DNA of 64,000 nucleotides from Octopus vulgaris. Its lineage: Eukaryota. Within the stretch, counting starts at the first letter, position 1. Each line of letters opens with the position of its first letter. Of the stretch, positions 1 through 14,254 are shown piece after piece. The notes beneath the pieces were generated by a model. The model saw only the letters and a list, made by a program, of their open reading frames with translations, was not told the origin of the DNA and ran no database searches. The translations under genes were made by a program, and so were the position numbers. The stretch covers positions 51,646,001-51,710,000 of the forward strand of contig OX597820.1 in NCBI GenBank assembly GCA_951406725.2, in the 5' to 3' direction.

Positions 1-3000
1 AATACTTTCCCGCCATTTTCGATGACATAATCCAATATAATTGACAAATTGTTCATCATTCTAGTGTAAAATTGTTCAGGTTTCAAAGCGAAGTAACAGA
101 CAATATCACTTTTAACATCTTTATAATTAATAAACTCTTTTCACTCTAAACAGTTTTGCAATTATCTCTAAAAAAAAAATCGGTGTGTTAAAGAGAAAAG
201 AATCGTGAGGTAAAAATTACTATAACGAATCCCAGGAATTAGACAATATAATGTCTGATATTATCGTGTAAGTACGATAAACCTCTTTGATCACTTTCGT
301 GTACTTCGTTTTCCTCATTTTTATGCAATGGTTTCAACAACCGACAGTGATTCTCCACGTTAACTCTTAATGAACAGACATAGTTTTTTTTTTATAATGC
401 TCTCGAACAAAGACCACAATTCTTTCTATCATAGTCTTGTATTTGTCATAGATGTGTGCTGTGTCATTTATGTTGCATTTGAATACACACAACACAGTTT
501 TCATTATCTGTGATGATTCTATCCAGGGAAAGTGCGGTAGAATATCTAGTCTTTATTGGTGAGCAGAGAGCAACTCTTTGAGCTGAGAAGCAGTTAAAAG
601 ATGAGCGACCCACAGACAAAATTCAGACACAATACTTAATTCATGAAGGTGTTTTATGATGGATGCATCACTTGAATTGAGTTGCTTTGAAAATTCTCAT
701 GTAGGTTGCTTTGCGTTTTCCGCAACTATATTTTTCAGAATCTCAATCATGTTAGAACTTTTCTGTTCAGATCGAAGTGGTTTGTGAGAGAAACGTATCC
801 TGAGCGAATTAAAGATTCAGACAATTAAAGGTTTATTTCCATCGATTTCCGTAAACTGAACGAATATTTCTTTCTTCTTCCAATGCTGGAATTATTCCAC
901 AAGCATTGTCTGATCAAAATTAATTCAAGAAACAATATCAATACAATTTTAAGCACAATGATATAACGCAACATGAAAAGAAAGAAAAATAAGAATGTAA
1001 ATATGAATGTATATATTAATGTAAGTACTGAAAATATATAGTCGAAATCATCGTATCCAGGATGCGATAGGACTTTCTATCCGAATTAATACAATGAAGG
1101 GTGAGGCAATTTATGCTCAGCTTCCGTTAATGAATAAAGAAAAACGGAAAATTTAGTGTGTTTTAGATTGACGTTCCGCAGCTACAAATTATTTGAATAT
1201 TTCTATTATTTTACTCGCTTGAGAAAAAAGGACACGTGAAATTGAGTAGAACTATATATAATTTTTCTATAAAGTTCTTCGGCTGGCGTTTATTATGATA
1301 TGTCCGTCAAAATAGATATCACCTTGGTCAAAGAATAGCAAAAAACAATGATATGACTATGCAGGAAGTTTGAAGAAGTGTTCGGAATTCGATTTACTTT
1401 TTTAATTATTTTTATTTCAAAGAATGAATATCACTAAATTTAATTTTCTTTTCTTCTATAGAGTATATATGTATTTATGACGCCAACATAAACTCAATAA
1501 ACTATTTAAACGAACGTGAGAAATGAGGTGTAATCTATTTAAATAAACTGGAGTAATAATTTTACACTTAGTTATAAATCATAAAGATTGCGAGACGAAA
1601 GCCTAATGATAATTCATTACGAAAATAGCTGAGTATAAGCTTCAATACATCCATGCAAAAACTTTTGCAATTAATATTATTAAGGAAATGGCACAAAATA
1701 TATGTGGTAGTTCTTATTTCCTTCGGAAAGAGAAATAATAATAGAAGAAATACGATTTTAAAAGGAAAATAGCATAACAACTTACACCATAACATCACAA
1801 CAGAAAAGAGAATGGGAAAAGAAAGATCAAACATGAATATTTTTCTTAATACTGCACAAAAATCAATGGACAGCAGTAAATGATGAAAATCTAGAAATTG
1901 AAAGAGATTCTCTAAAATTATACCACACTAAGTAAAAATCAGAGAAAGAGAAAGATCAAGTCAAAGGATGCTAGTTTATCGATAAGATGAAGGCGTTTTA
2001 TGAAAAGGTAACTGTTCTCAGATCATAACAGAGCTAACTTCAATGGTGAACGCACGTTTTTCTAAAGGATAAAGAAAGTAAAAATGGAAGCTATTCTAGA
2101 AGCGTTGAAAAGCCCAATCGAAAATTTCGAGAATCTAATGTTAAGAACACCAAATGTGCAAAAAATTACTCTGAAAGAAAATACCATTTACAAGAAGCTA
2201 GCTATATCAAAGAATAAAGTTGAGTTTAGAACAGCAACAAAGACGAATTACTCAAGCCAAGTGACTAGATAATATCATAACACAATATCTTAATATTCTT
2301 TACATCAACCAGATATAGCGGGTAAATATCTTAAATGATATATGGCAAAGAAAACTAATAAGAAAAATTAATAGATTTTATGATTAAAAATTAGAAGGAT
2401 TGGTATAAAACGAAATCAAAAATAAACTCATGAATGATTCTATCGTCTTCACTGGTGTATCTAATCAGAAACACACACATACACTCACACACATGCACTT
2501 ATATAAAGGCACCCACCAACATAAATCCACTTTTTCTTGCATTTTATACCGCCATTTCAACTTTTGTAGACATGTAATTTCCATATAACTCAGACAGTTT
2601 ACATCATATGACGGTATTTCTACGAAAACAGAGACAATTATGGATATATCTAAAATGCAGTCATTCCGTATGTTATTCCAGAATTCAATAACGTATAGAG
2701 AAAATTAATTTCCAAATACCCGAAATATTACTTCTATATGATCGATTCCGCAACGTTACAGAATATAACTGCATACAAACCTGAGATAATTTAGCAATGA
2801 GAACTGCCTTCAATAAATAATCACTGACGCCCTGTAAAATCATGCAACTCCTGCAGCTGCCGGGAATCATTCATCGCGAAAAATGTTATATATTTCAGCA
2901 CTAAAATAACCTCTAGAAGATAAATATGGAGGATTATTTTGCATTCATCCACAGAATCATTGAGTGAGTGATAGACATGTAAAATTGAAGCAAAAACTAT

Positions 3001-3290
3001 CTTCTTAACCAAGAAAGATTTTACAGTTAGTTTTAGCTCATGTAACTTCCACGTGTAACAGGGTCTAGAATAAGTACAAGGTATTAAAATAATATCTCCT
3101 GGGGTCGAGTTGCATGGCTAGGGTCAAAGGACTGAAACCAGCATAATATAAAAGACCTCCCTCATCAGCATATTCCAGTCATATAGGAATGACCATAGAA
3201 GAGGTGATTACACTGGTGGTGTTTCAGCAGATGACCGACTAAGGGCTGAAACTTATAAAGAGATTAAAGGAAAGAATGAATATATATAGA

Positions 3291-4545
3291 CGAGGGAGTA
3301 AACGAAACTAATCGAAAAAGTTGTCCTGTGGGACAAGCCTGTTGTAATTCAAGCTTCTGCCGCTAGAAGCCTCTTGATGCAACCATCAGGCATCAGTCTG
3401 CTAACTGGTATCGTAATATAGGGTCGTACTGACACGTGGTGCGTCTTTGTTTTGCAGTGCTTCTCCCCTGTTCGTCTTTTTTTGTGATGGCTGAAACGAA
3501 TGAACAGCGTGCTTCCGTAAAATTTTGAGGCACACATCTTCCAAAACAGTTCTCATGCTTCAAATAGCTTACAAGGATGCTGTCATGAGAAAAACATAAG
3601 GTTTATGAGTAGTTTTCAGGCTTTAGAAATGGTCACTTGTCGCTTGATGACCAATATTATTCAGGGCGGCTGTCGATCTCCCGAACGAATGAAAACATCA
3701 CGAAGATTTATGAACCAACTTTGGAGGACCATCGCCGAACAATTGACGAAATTGTTGATATGACTGCTGCATCATTCTGACGTTGCCGCCAACGAATTTT
3801 GTGTGAGGAATCGCAAATGAAAAGGTGGCAGCAAAATATGTGCCTCGATTGCTCAAGGAAGATCAAAAGCAGTCATGACTAAATGCATGTCATGAACTGA
3901 AAGAACAGCTGGAAGTTGATTCGGATATTTATTCAAAGGTGATCAGTGGTGACGAAAGCTGGTTCTACGGCTACGGCCGGGAAACGAATCAGCAATGAAG
4001 GCAATGAAAGCATTCAATATCATCGCGCCCCAAAACAGTCCCTCAAGTGAAATGCAATTTCAAGATGATGCTGAATTGTTTCTTCGGTGCGAAAGGAATT
4101 ATCCTTGCAAATTTGTTCCTCCTGGCCAAACCGCTAGCCGGAAATTCTACTTTGCAGTTCTGAAGCATTTACGAAACACTGTCAGACCATAACGCCTGAG
4201 GCATGGTGAAACCAATTCGCCTGCGCACAGCGCCTTGTGGGTGGGACAATTTTTGACTACAAATTGCATGAATCCGCACAGCTACTCTCGCACTTCACCC
4301 AATCTTGCTTCCTGCCACACTTTCTCTTCCCTGAATGTAAAAGTACTGAAAGGAAAACGTTTTGCAGATGTGCTCGACGTGGAGGAAAATAATAACGGAG
4401 GCGTTAAATGGCATCACCATGCAAGTGTTCCATGTCTGCTTCAAATAGTGAGAAACGAGTCCGAACTGATGCATTGTTTCAAATGGAGAATATCCTAAAG
4501 GTGATAAAAGTGTAAGCATGTAAAATTATGTGAATAAAACATTTA
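3291..4545 (+). mobile_element. Decayed mariner (Tc1/mariner, irritans-like) DNA transposon; transposase pseudogene ~3487-4510; right TIR not visible
   Basis: Left end begins CGAGGG. Manual translation across frameshifts gives MAETNEQRASVKF, VAAKYVPRLL (WVPHEL equivalent), ISGDESWFYGY (first catalytic D), SPNLASC (YSPDLAP equivalent) and a C-terminal GEYPKGDK. Confidence 0.9.
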
Positions 4546-4600
4546 CATTATTTACATTATTTAGATTTGACGGGCATTTTACCTCATCTTGTTCATTGTT

Positions 4601-4647
4601 AACACAACGTTTCGGCTGATATACCCTCCAACCTTCATCAGGTGTCT
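4601..4647 (-). ncRNA. Minimal type I hammerhead ribozyme motif in the inverted pLTR of a Penelope-like element
   Basis: Minus strand reads GACAC-CTGATGA-A-GGTTG(gagggtatat)CAGCC-GAAAC-GTT-GTGTT. Both core boxes, stem I (GACAC/GTGTT), stem II and a palindromic AACGTT stem III are present. Confidence 0.85.
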
Positions 4648-4660
4648 CGGGGAAATTTCG

Positions 4661-6040
4661 AAAGACCCAACTATGAAATTAGGGAGGAAGTTGTCACAGA
4701 TCTTGATCAAGAACAAGGATCACTTTACACCAATGAAGTATAGACAACTCACTCAGCACTACAGTAAACTACCACACATATACGGTCCACCTAAGATTCA
4801 CACGGATGGTATTCCATTAAGAACTATAGTGAACTGTAGAGGTTCAGCATGTCATCCACTGAGCCGCTTCCTTGTGGATATAATCAGTCCATTACCAGAA
4901 AAGTCAACATATTACGTGATGAATTCCACCCACTTCACAGAATTGATCAAGGATACCTCTATTGAATCAAACCAGATGATAAGTCTAGATGTGATAAATC
5001 TGTTCACCCAAGCCCCAACTGGTGAAGCACTATTGGTAACTCAAGAAAAATTAGTGACAAACACTCATCTAAAAGAACGCACTAGTAACCGATATGGAAC
5101 TTGGTAGAAATGTTGACCTTTTGTGTAGCAACAATCTTCTTCAGTATGGACACTGATATATATCGACAAGAGGAGCGTTTAGCTGTGGGTTCGCCTTTAT
5201 CACCGATAATAGCCAATATATACATGGAATACTTTGAGAATTTGTCTTTAGCATCAACACCCCTAAAATCAAAACTATGCCTGCGATATGTTGATGAAAA
5301 TGTATACTCTGGCCCCACAAGGAAAATGTCCGAGTGTTTTTAGATCACGTGAACTCAATAAAGCTGCCCATAGAGTTTACAATGGAAAAGGAGAAAGACA
5401 ATCAGCTAGCATTCCTGGACATATTAATAATATGCACGAAGAATGCATTCAGGACATCCATATACCACACGCCGACCCTCAGTGGACGATACATCAACTT
5501 CAATTCCCACCATCCATTCAGTGTAAAGAGAGGGATTCCTCAGTGCCTAAAACATCGAGCAAAGAATATAAGTAGCAATCGTGATACACACCACGAAGAA
5601 ATGATCAAGCTCAATAACAATCTATTAAGCAACAACTACCACGAAAAGATACTATCCACTCTAGTTATGAAGAAAAAAAGAGTGAGAAAACAATAAACTG
5701 TCCACAGTCTGTCTAGGCTATGTGAGAGGACTCTCCGAAAAGATTCAAAAGATATGCGTCCCATAAGATGTTCAAGACAATGTTCAAGAGTAATAGAACA
5801 CTTCGCAAATATCTCATTCGAGTAAAACCATCAATAGAAAATATAACCAAATACTGCGTGTACTCCATCCCATGCAGCTGTGGTCGGTTATACAAAGGCT
5901 AAACATGCCGCCCCCTTGAAACAAGTGTAGAGGAACATCGCAAAGATGTGACACGGGGGTATATTGATAAATCGGGTATTGCTGATCATGTATAGAAAAT
6001 GGGAGAAGCCCTCACTCTGTGGGATCAAGTTTAAAAAAAT
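4661..6040 (+). mobile_element. Penelope-like retroelement (Poseidon-like), 5'-truncated, frameshifted RT plus GIY-YIG endonuclease
   Basis: Motifs IYGPPKIH..GIPLRTIV, SLDVINLFT, GSPLSPIIANIYME, RYVDE, IEFTMEKE..QLAFLDILI and YINFNSHHP. GIY-YIG region CVYSIPCSCGRLYKG*T.RPL...EEH at ~5854-5940. Confidence 0.93.
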
Positions 6041-6335
6041 GGCATCGTGTCATTGTAAAATGCACCGTTGTTCCGGCTGCATGAAGATTACACATCTGTA
6101 CATGTATGCATAAATACATATTTATATAGATACCATACATCCATACATACATCCATCTGTCTGTCTGTCTTTCATGCCTAGGTGCTGTGTCAAACACATA
6201 GTTCCAAAAACATCTCTATACATACGGTTACTGCATTGCAAGCATAATTTCCAAAGTTAAAATCATGCATGAAGATAGGCAGGTAGTCAAATACATGTAT
6301 GTGTGTATATATTCTTTTTCTCTTTCTCTTTCTCT

Positions 6336-6701
6336 CTCTTTTACTTGTTTCAGTCATTTGACTGTGGCCATGCTGGAGCACTGCCTTTAGTCGAGCAAAT
6401 TGACACCAGGACTTATTATTTGTAAGCCTAGTACTTATTCTATCGGTCTCTTTTGCTGAACCGCTACCAGCATCGGTTGTCAAGCGATGTTTGGGGGACA
6501 AACATAGACTCACAAACATACACACTTACATATGTATATATACATATATACGACGTGCTTCTTTCAGTTTCCGTCTACCAAATCCTCTCACAAGGCTTTG
6601 GTCGGACCGAGGCTATAGTAGAAGGTGTCATGCAGTGGGACTGAACCCGGCACAATGTGGTTCGTAAGATAGCTACTTACCACACAGTACTGCTACGTCT
6701 A
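6336..6701 (-). mobile_element. tRNA-derived SINE family A with internal microsatellite
   Basis: Shared tail ttacttgtttcagtcatttgactg(t/c)ggccatgctggagcac and head with B-box GGTTCAGTCCC. Homologous to copies at 21.7, 29.0, 32.3, 40.7 and 42.0 kb. Confidence 0.9.
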
Positions 6702-6713
6702 TAAATGTGTGAC

Positions 6714-6832
6714 CCTTACAGCACGTAGGTTTCCCAAACAGTCACCCATCTAAGTACTAACTAAGCTCGATGCTGCTTAACTTCCGTGATTGGACAAAAA
6801 CCGGTCCATTCAACGGTGATATGGCCATATAT
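6714..6832 (-). pseudogene. 5S rRNA pseudogene (or 5S-derived SINE head)
   Basis: The reverse complement follows eukaryotic 5S along its length: GGCCATATCACCGTTGAA...GGAAGTTAAGCAGC...GTTAGTACTTAGATGGGTGAC..TGGGAA...GTGCTGTA, including boxes A and C. Confidence 0.9.
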
Positions 6833-6920
6833 TTTATTATTTGGTTTTTCCATTGGGATAACAATAACCTGAATTAGAACATGCTTCAGAGCAAAGCCAT
6901 AGTTCAGTACAGAGAGGTAA

Positions 6921-7375
6921 TGTTAAACTGATGTTGACAAAAGGATAAGCAAGTCTGTTATGAAGTACATTATATCTTACAGATGTTTCTACTAAAGGAT
7001 GTAGGGCACAGGTAGCTTCATCGGAGCCTCCAGCTCCAAGTCCATACAGCAAGTGCTTATACCTTTGTCAGTTTAATTCCTTAGGTGTGCAACTATGTAT
7101 CTATTTATGCGTGCGTTTATGCATGCATGCATATATGTGTATATATACATATGCCCGTACATACATATATATGTGTTCATGTGTGTTTGCAAGTTTGTGT
7201 GCGCGCGCGTGTGTGTGTATGATAATATACATGTGAATGTGAGTGTGTGTATTTATATATTCACGTTTATAAATATATATACACATGAAGAAATATATGC
7301 ATATATACAAATTTATATATATATATACATACATATATATATACATATACATACATACATATACATATATATATG

Positions 7376-7434
<59 letters not shown>

Positions 7435-7707
7435 ATGTATATACTTTTGTCATTTTAATTTCTGATGTGTGCATGTACGTATTCCTGTGCGTGTTTATGC
7501 ATGCATACATGCATGCACAAACACACACATAAATACGTACATACACACATCAGGAATTAAAATGACAACGCTATAAGCACTTGCTTTATGGGCTTAGTGC
7601 TGGAGGCTCCTATGAAACTACGCATGCCCTGCATCCTATAGTAGAAACATCTGTAAGATAATATGTAGTTCATAACAGACTTGTTTATCCTTTTGTCATC
7701 TCAGTTT

Positions 7708-7711
<4 letters not shown>
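6921..7711. repeat. Long inverted repeat (arms ~6921-7135 and ~7500-7711) with degenerate hammerhead motifs and a microsatellite spacer
   Basis: gttaaactga..tgacaaaaggataagcaagtctgttatgaa... is the reverse complement of ...ttcataacagacttgtttatccttttgtca..tcagtttaac. Each arm has CC(G/T)ATGA...GAAAC-ATCT-GTA. Confidence 0.9.
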
Positions 7712-7746
<35 letters not shown>

Positions 7747-7758
7747 GCATACATACAC

Positions 7759-7826
<68 letters not shown>

Positions 7827-8427
7827 ATATATGTATATGTATATGTACATACATATATACATATATGTACACATATATATATACACACATAAATATTTAT
7901 ATTTGTATATATGTAGAGAAAGAGAGGGAGAGAGAGCGTGTGTATGTGTGAGATTGGGAAAGGGAGAACAAATGGGCATCGTGTAAAATGGGGATTAAAA
8001 ATCTAAGGAAATTGATAAATTTATATTTCTATATTTCTTTTAGTATTCATTTTACATTTCGCAGGTCTTTTATTTCCCCGAAATCGTTTGTTCCGTGATG
8101 GTCCATTAAGTTGCCAGTCACACAAACCGCAGCCTATTATAGGTATTAAATCTATGATTTTATACCGCTAAATCAAATGCAAATACGCCATTTGTTAAAT
8201 TCTCTGGCGTCAAGCTAACACAAGTTTGCAGCAGTTTGCAGTTGTAGCCTATTTGTTTGATTTCGTAGTTTTGTCACGATGAAATAAATCATATTCTTTA
8301 GTTTAATTTATTTATTTTTTATTACTTTCACTCCAATTCATTCGTTGCCTTTACATTACATTCTTTGTTAAACTCTGCACCTCTCTATCTATCAATCACT
8401 TAGTCATTCTGTCTATCTCTCTATCAA

Positions 8428-8466
<39 letters not shown>

Positions 8467-8775
8467 ATCTATCTATCTAAATGCCTGTCCGTATATCTGT
8501 GTCGTCTATCAACAGATCTATCTACTTGACTTTCTCGATAAAAGATTTCATTTCTCATTTTCTCTCTCTCTCCTTCTCTCCCTTCTCTCTGTCCCTTTGT
8601 ATGATGTATGCATGTACGCACTAATATATACCTATAAACACACGCATTATCTACATTTGTCTCCTTATGCCTCTATGATAACATATGCGTATGTGTGTGC
8701 CTGTCTATTGTAGCCTCTGTGTGCTGTATGTCTATATGTGCATATGATATTATACATACATACATATATAAATCA

Positions 8776-8806
<31 letters not shown>

Positions 8807-9373
8807 GACACACACACATGTATATGTATACATATGTATATATTGAGGGAGAGAGGGAAAGAGAGGAAGTGACAGATAGATACATACATACAGGCATAAC
8901 TAGATATCCACATAGTAGTGTTTGTGTATGTGTGTGTGTGTGTGTGTGTGTGTTTGCGTGTGTGTTTCTGTGCACGTGGAAGTGTTTGTGTGTGTTTCTC
9001 TGTGTGGATGTGTAGGTATGTGGGCTATCTTTTCAAATTTGAAGACCTGGGCTGTCAATTTGTGGTGAAAGCAAATGAATAAAATCGTCATAAACGGATG
9101 CAAGTAAACATACCACCACGTTGAAAGCCGTATCAGGCTCACTGAAGTGCAATTCAACCTCAATGCATACTAAACTTATTTCATTCTTTCATGTAATATT
9201 GTTTTCTCTCTCATTCTCTATAATTTCTATTTCATGTTTCCAATGTACATGTCCTTCCATTGCTAATAGAATTTCTCTAGGTTCCTGTACACTCAGACAC
9301 ACAACAGAGCTCATACAACTAGTTGAGAAAACACACACACGTATGTACATATTAATATTGCGTCCTTCGTATT

Positions 9374-9435
<62 letters not shown>

Positions 9436-9477
9436 TCATATATATATATATATATACATACACACACACACACACAT

Positions 9478-9722
<245 letters not shown>

Positions 9723-9884
9723 GAATATATGTATGTGTGTATTTTGTTTTTCTATTTTCATTTTTACTTCCAATTTTCAAATTTTTTTCCTCTTTTCGTT
9801 TTCTTCCTTAATTTTTTCCTTTCTTTTCTATCTTCACCCTTTTTTCTGTCGCATGACTTTGTAAACGAACTATCCAGTGTGTTT

Positions 9885-9968
9885 ATTTTAATAGCCTACT
9901 AATGTATGCAGTGAGTTTCTTTGCCCTAGGAGTCGGGAAGAAATGGAAACAAAATTGAAAGAAGGAGA
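9885..9968 (+). mobile_element. R4/Dong-type LINE 3' UTR stub followed by (TAA)n
   Basis: tgagtttcttgccctaggagtcgggaaga...aaattgaaagaagg is homologous to the tails at 12050-12138 and 13413-13528. Confidence 0.75.
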
Positions 9969-10050
9969 TAATAATGGTATTAATAATAACAATAACAATA
10001 ACAACAACAACATCAATAATAATAGTAACAGTAATGATAATAATAATAAC

Positions 10051-10128
<78 letters not shown>
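9969..10128. repeat. (TAA)n microsatellite, target of Dong-type LINEs
   Basis: Direct reading. Confidence 0.97.
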
Positions 10129-12137
10129 TGGATTAAACGCACTCAAGATGACTACAAAAATCGACAAGAACAGGTATGAGAAGACATCTCGATCGCTGAC
10201 TAAAGGAGTTCACTAAGAAAGGCTCATAAGTGGAAATCCCCTGGTATTGATAGAGTACCAAATTTCTGGCTCTCATCACTCTCGTCCGCACGCAAAATGT
10301 TAGTAATACTATTTAATAGTATTATGAAAGACCCGAAAAAAACACCACATTGGATGGCAAATGGTATTATTTACCTCCTCCCCGAAAATAACAAAACGAA
10401 AGACCCAAACAACTATCGGCTTATAACATGTTTATCTACTACCTATAAGATCTTGACATCTATTCTAGTAGAGAAAACATATACGTTTATGGAAGAGAAT
10501 AACCTCTTTCCCACTGAACAAAAATGATGCAGACGAGGCTCATACGGATGCAAAGATCAGCTCCTAATTAATCGCATGATCCTTGAGAACTGCTATAACA
10601 ATCGCAAAAATCTCAGCTCTTCAAGGATTGATTATAAAAAAGCCTTTGAGAGCATACCACATTCGTGGATTCTGAAATTGCTGGACATTTTCAAAATTTC
10701 TCCTGTGATTTCAGATGTTTTAATGTATAATATGTCCCTATGGAACACGAAGCTCCAATTATATCATTCTAATGGAGCATTGCACTCAAACAACATTAGC
10801 ATAAACTGTGGAATTTTCCAAGGTAACTCACTTTCACCACTAATATTCTGCATAGCACTAATACCACTCTCAAGTGAACTGAATAGAACAGGATATGGCT
10901 CACAAAATTGACAACAAGAAAATAAGGCCATCTATTTTATATGGATGACTTAAAGCTATATGGCAAAGATGATGAAGAGCTTGAAGGATTATTACATACA
11001 GTGAAAGGATTCAGTGATGATATCGGGATGGAGTTTGGCCTTGAAAAGTGTGCCAAAGCCACTTTTAAGAAAGGGAAATTGTTAAAGTCTAGTTCAATCG
11101 AATTAGATGTCGAAATAGTAATAAAGGAACTTGAGCAGGAACAAACCTATAAAAACCTAGGAATAAATGAAGGCTCCGGTATCCAACATGCAAGCATGGA
11201 AGAGAAGGTTAGGAAAGAATGTTATAGAAGAGTCCGAGCAGTCCTGAAGTCTGATCTGAATGCATATAATAAGGTTTTAGCCTTAAATTCCTTAGCAGTA
11301 CCAGTTGTTCTCTATAGCTTCAATATGCTTAACTGGAATACTAGTGAAATAATGAAAATTGACAGGAAAAACTACCATGATGAAAAATGATGAAAAATGG
11401 AGCTGACCCAAAATGCCGATTCTGTAACGATGAGATTGAAACAATAGACCACCTAATCTCAGGGTGTAGAGTCTTAGCACCTGCAAGACATGATAGAGTC
11501 GGCCAGTATTTATACTGGACAATATGTCGGCATTATAAAATCAAAACCACTGACAAATGGTATAAACATCATCCTGAAACTCTGACTGAGGGAGAAAATG
11601 TATCGATTCTATGGAACTTCTCCGTGAAGACCGACAGGACTATGAAAGCCAATGAACCGGATATCATTGTAAAAGATCAGACAAAAAGGATGTGTTTATT
11701 AATTGACATGAGTATTCTCTGTGATCACAATATAGCGGCGAAAGAATTTGACAAGATTAGTAAATATAAAGACCTGCTAATGGAAATTGAAAAAATGTGG
11801 CATCTCAAGGCGACTACAGTACCAGTGATTGTAGGATCTCTAGGAATGATAAAAAACGGTACTGAAACTTATTTGAAAATGATTCCAGGCTTACCATCCC
11901 TACAGAAAGTGCAAAAAATCGTATTAACTGGAACGGCTCATGTACTGAGAAGAGCACTATCGCTGTGAAAATAACATCCATCCATGAATTTATTTATTTA
12001 TTAATTTTTAAATACATATTTTATCTGTGAATTTGCGCGTGTAATCTGGGAATGCATACAATGCCCTTCTCTGCCCTAGGTGTATGGAAAACACTCGGCG
12101 AGAAACGGAAGAAAATTTGAAGAAAGAAGGAAAAAAC

Positions 12138-12138
<1 letters not shown>
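10129..12138 (+). mobile_element. R4/Dong-clade non-LTR retrotransposon (RT, CCHC, RLE), 5'-truncated with an internal deletion near 11385
   Basis: WKSPGIDRVPNFWL, NYRLITCLSTTYKILT, DYKKAFESIPHSWI, GIFQGNSLSP, YMDDLKLY, FGLEKCA, CRFC..ETIDHLISGC, RHD, PDIIV..LLID..KYKDL. The 3' UTR ends in (TAA)n. Confidence 0.95.
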
Positions 12139-12203
<65 letters not shown>

Positions 12204-12204
12204 T

Positions 12205-13068
12205 AAACGAGAATAACTCGAAAAAAGATATAGCATGGAAGGAAAATATGCAGTCATGTTACAAGCGGTACGAATCCCAAGACAGAGACCGAAGACCGGT
12301 GGTTATGGATGTGGAAGTGTGACCTGACGATAGAGACAGATGCACTTATATTCGCGGCAGAAGAATAAGCATTAAAGATGAAATATTTGAAGTGCAGAAT
12401 TGACAATGCTAAGAGCGACAAATGCACAATGTATGGTGAGATGTGTGAAACGGTATGGAACATTCTCAGTGAATAGCGGCAAATGGTACAATACGATTAC
12501 AAAAGATGATATAATAATGTGGAAAGAAAGATCCATTGGGACCTTTGTGTATATCACGGTCTACAAAGTGCAAAGAAATGGTATGACCAAATCCCAGGAG
12601 TTACCGTAAATGAAGACTACAAAATCCTATGGAATGCAATGATGCAAGGTGACAATTATATCAGGCATCGGAAACTTGACATGGTTGTGTGGAACCAAAA
12701 AGTTAGACACACTTCCATGATGATCGATATATCATGTCTCAGTGTAAACGTGATGAGAGAGAGAGAGAAGAAAAACTTAACATATTTGAAGATTTAAAGT
12801 GGGAAATACACAGGTTGTGGCCATTGAAAAAGAGTGGACTTGTTATCTGTAGTAATTGGCGTTCTTGGAATTATCAACGCTCATCTACCAACAAGGCTCG
12901 ACAAGATTGGTTTGAATGTAAAGATTGAACACCTAAAAAATAGTCATTGCCTAGAATTGCAAGAGTTATCCGAAGAATTCTTGAATCATGCTCATTAAAA
13001 ATATGTCACCTTAGTCTGCTGGCCATGTATAGCTGACGCTTTCAATCATATCCAGCAAAATAAGCCGA
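12205..13068 (+). mobile_element. Second, more decayed R4/Dong-type LINE 3' fragment (CCHC/RLE)
   Basis: WLWMWKCDLTIETDALIFAAEE, KIHWDLC, KILWNAMMQGDNYIRHRKLDMVV, MIDISC, EDLKWEIHRLW. Preceded by (TAA)n. Confidence 0.85.
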
Positions 13069-13227
13069 GATCTTGAAATAGAAATCAGCAAAATGTGGAA
13101 CCTGAAGACTAAAACAATACCTGTTGTCACAGGTGCCCAGTAACCATCAGAGCATCACAACAAACACAGCACATACACAAGGCACACGACAGTGAGTTGA
13201 AAGTACGCTATAAAAATAAAACTAATA
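13069..13227 (+). mobile_element. Third R4/Dong-type 3' stub (RLE end plus 3' UTR)
   Basis: DLEIEISKMWNLKTKTIPVVTGA, then a UTR, then (TAA)n at 13228-13411. Confidence 0.75.
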
Positions 13228-13572
<345 letters not shown>

Positions 13573-14254
13573 TAAATAAATACTGCAATTTTTGTTGTTC
13601 ATCAACGTTTGAAGATTTCCTTGATCTCTCACTCCGTCCCTCTCTGTCTCTCTCTGTCTCTCCCCCTCTCTCTCTCTCTCTCTCTCTCTTACTCTCTCTC
13701 TTTAACATGACTACATGGCTGTATATTCTAGTAATGGAAACGTAAGCAGTAATATAAAAGCTAGCTAAAATCATGTATTTACGTCTTTTACACGTAGAAT
13801 GACAATTTAACTACCATTTCCTCAACAACTTAACTACTGTAGCGGTCTCTGATATCCTCACTGTTTGAGAGACCAATCAACATTTTAAATTTCTAATGGG
13901 TTTTACTTATATCTTCAATGTTGAAAACGTACTTGCATTTCAGCATTCCGGAAATCCTGATAAGGATTGTTGTAAAGTTTGACAAAATACCGATAGTGAT
14001 AGTAATGGGGAAATGAGATAGGTAGAAGTTGTGGCGAGCATGGTAATAATAATTATTGTAATTACAATAATAATGTTATTGATATAAAATACTAAGTGAA
14101 ATGAGCTAGACCATGTAGTGATGGTGAGAATTGGCAACGTGGAGAATCTTCCAGTGATGGTGAGTGTATGTTGCAATTTGGTTTAAACTAAACATGCTCA
14201 TAATCAGGTCGACAGTTACTAGAACGGCAAACAAAACAAGCGCGCGATCCTTCC

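Noticed and set aside
1600-2400. Possible decayed LINE endonuclease region (SDH motif near 2020)
   Set aside because: Only one short motif, so it cannot be supported without a database search.
8040-8146. Possible host exon (ttttacatttcgcag acceptor, ag/gtatta donor)
   Set aside because: No recognisable protein and no supporting neighbouring exons; it needs RNA-seq.
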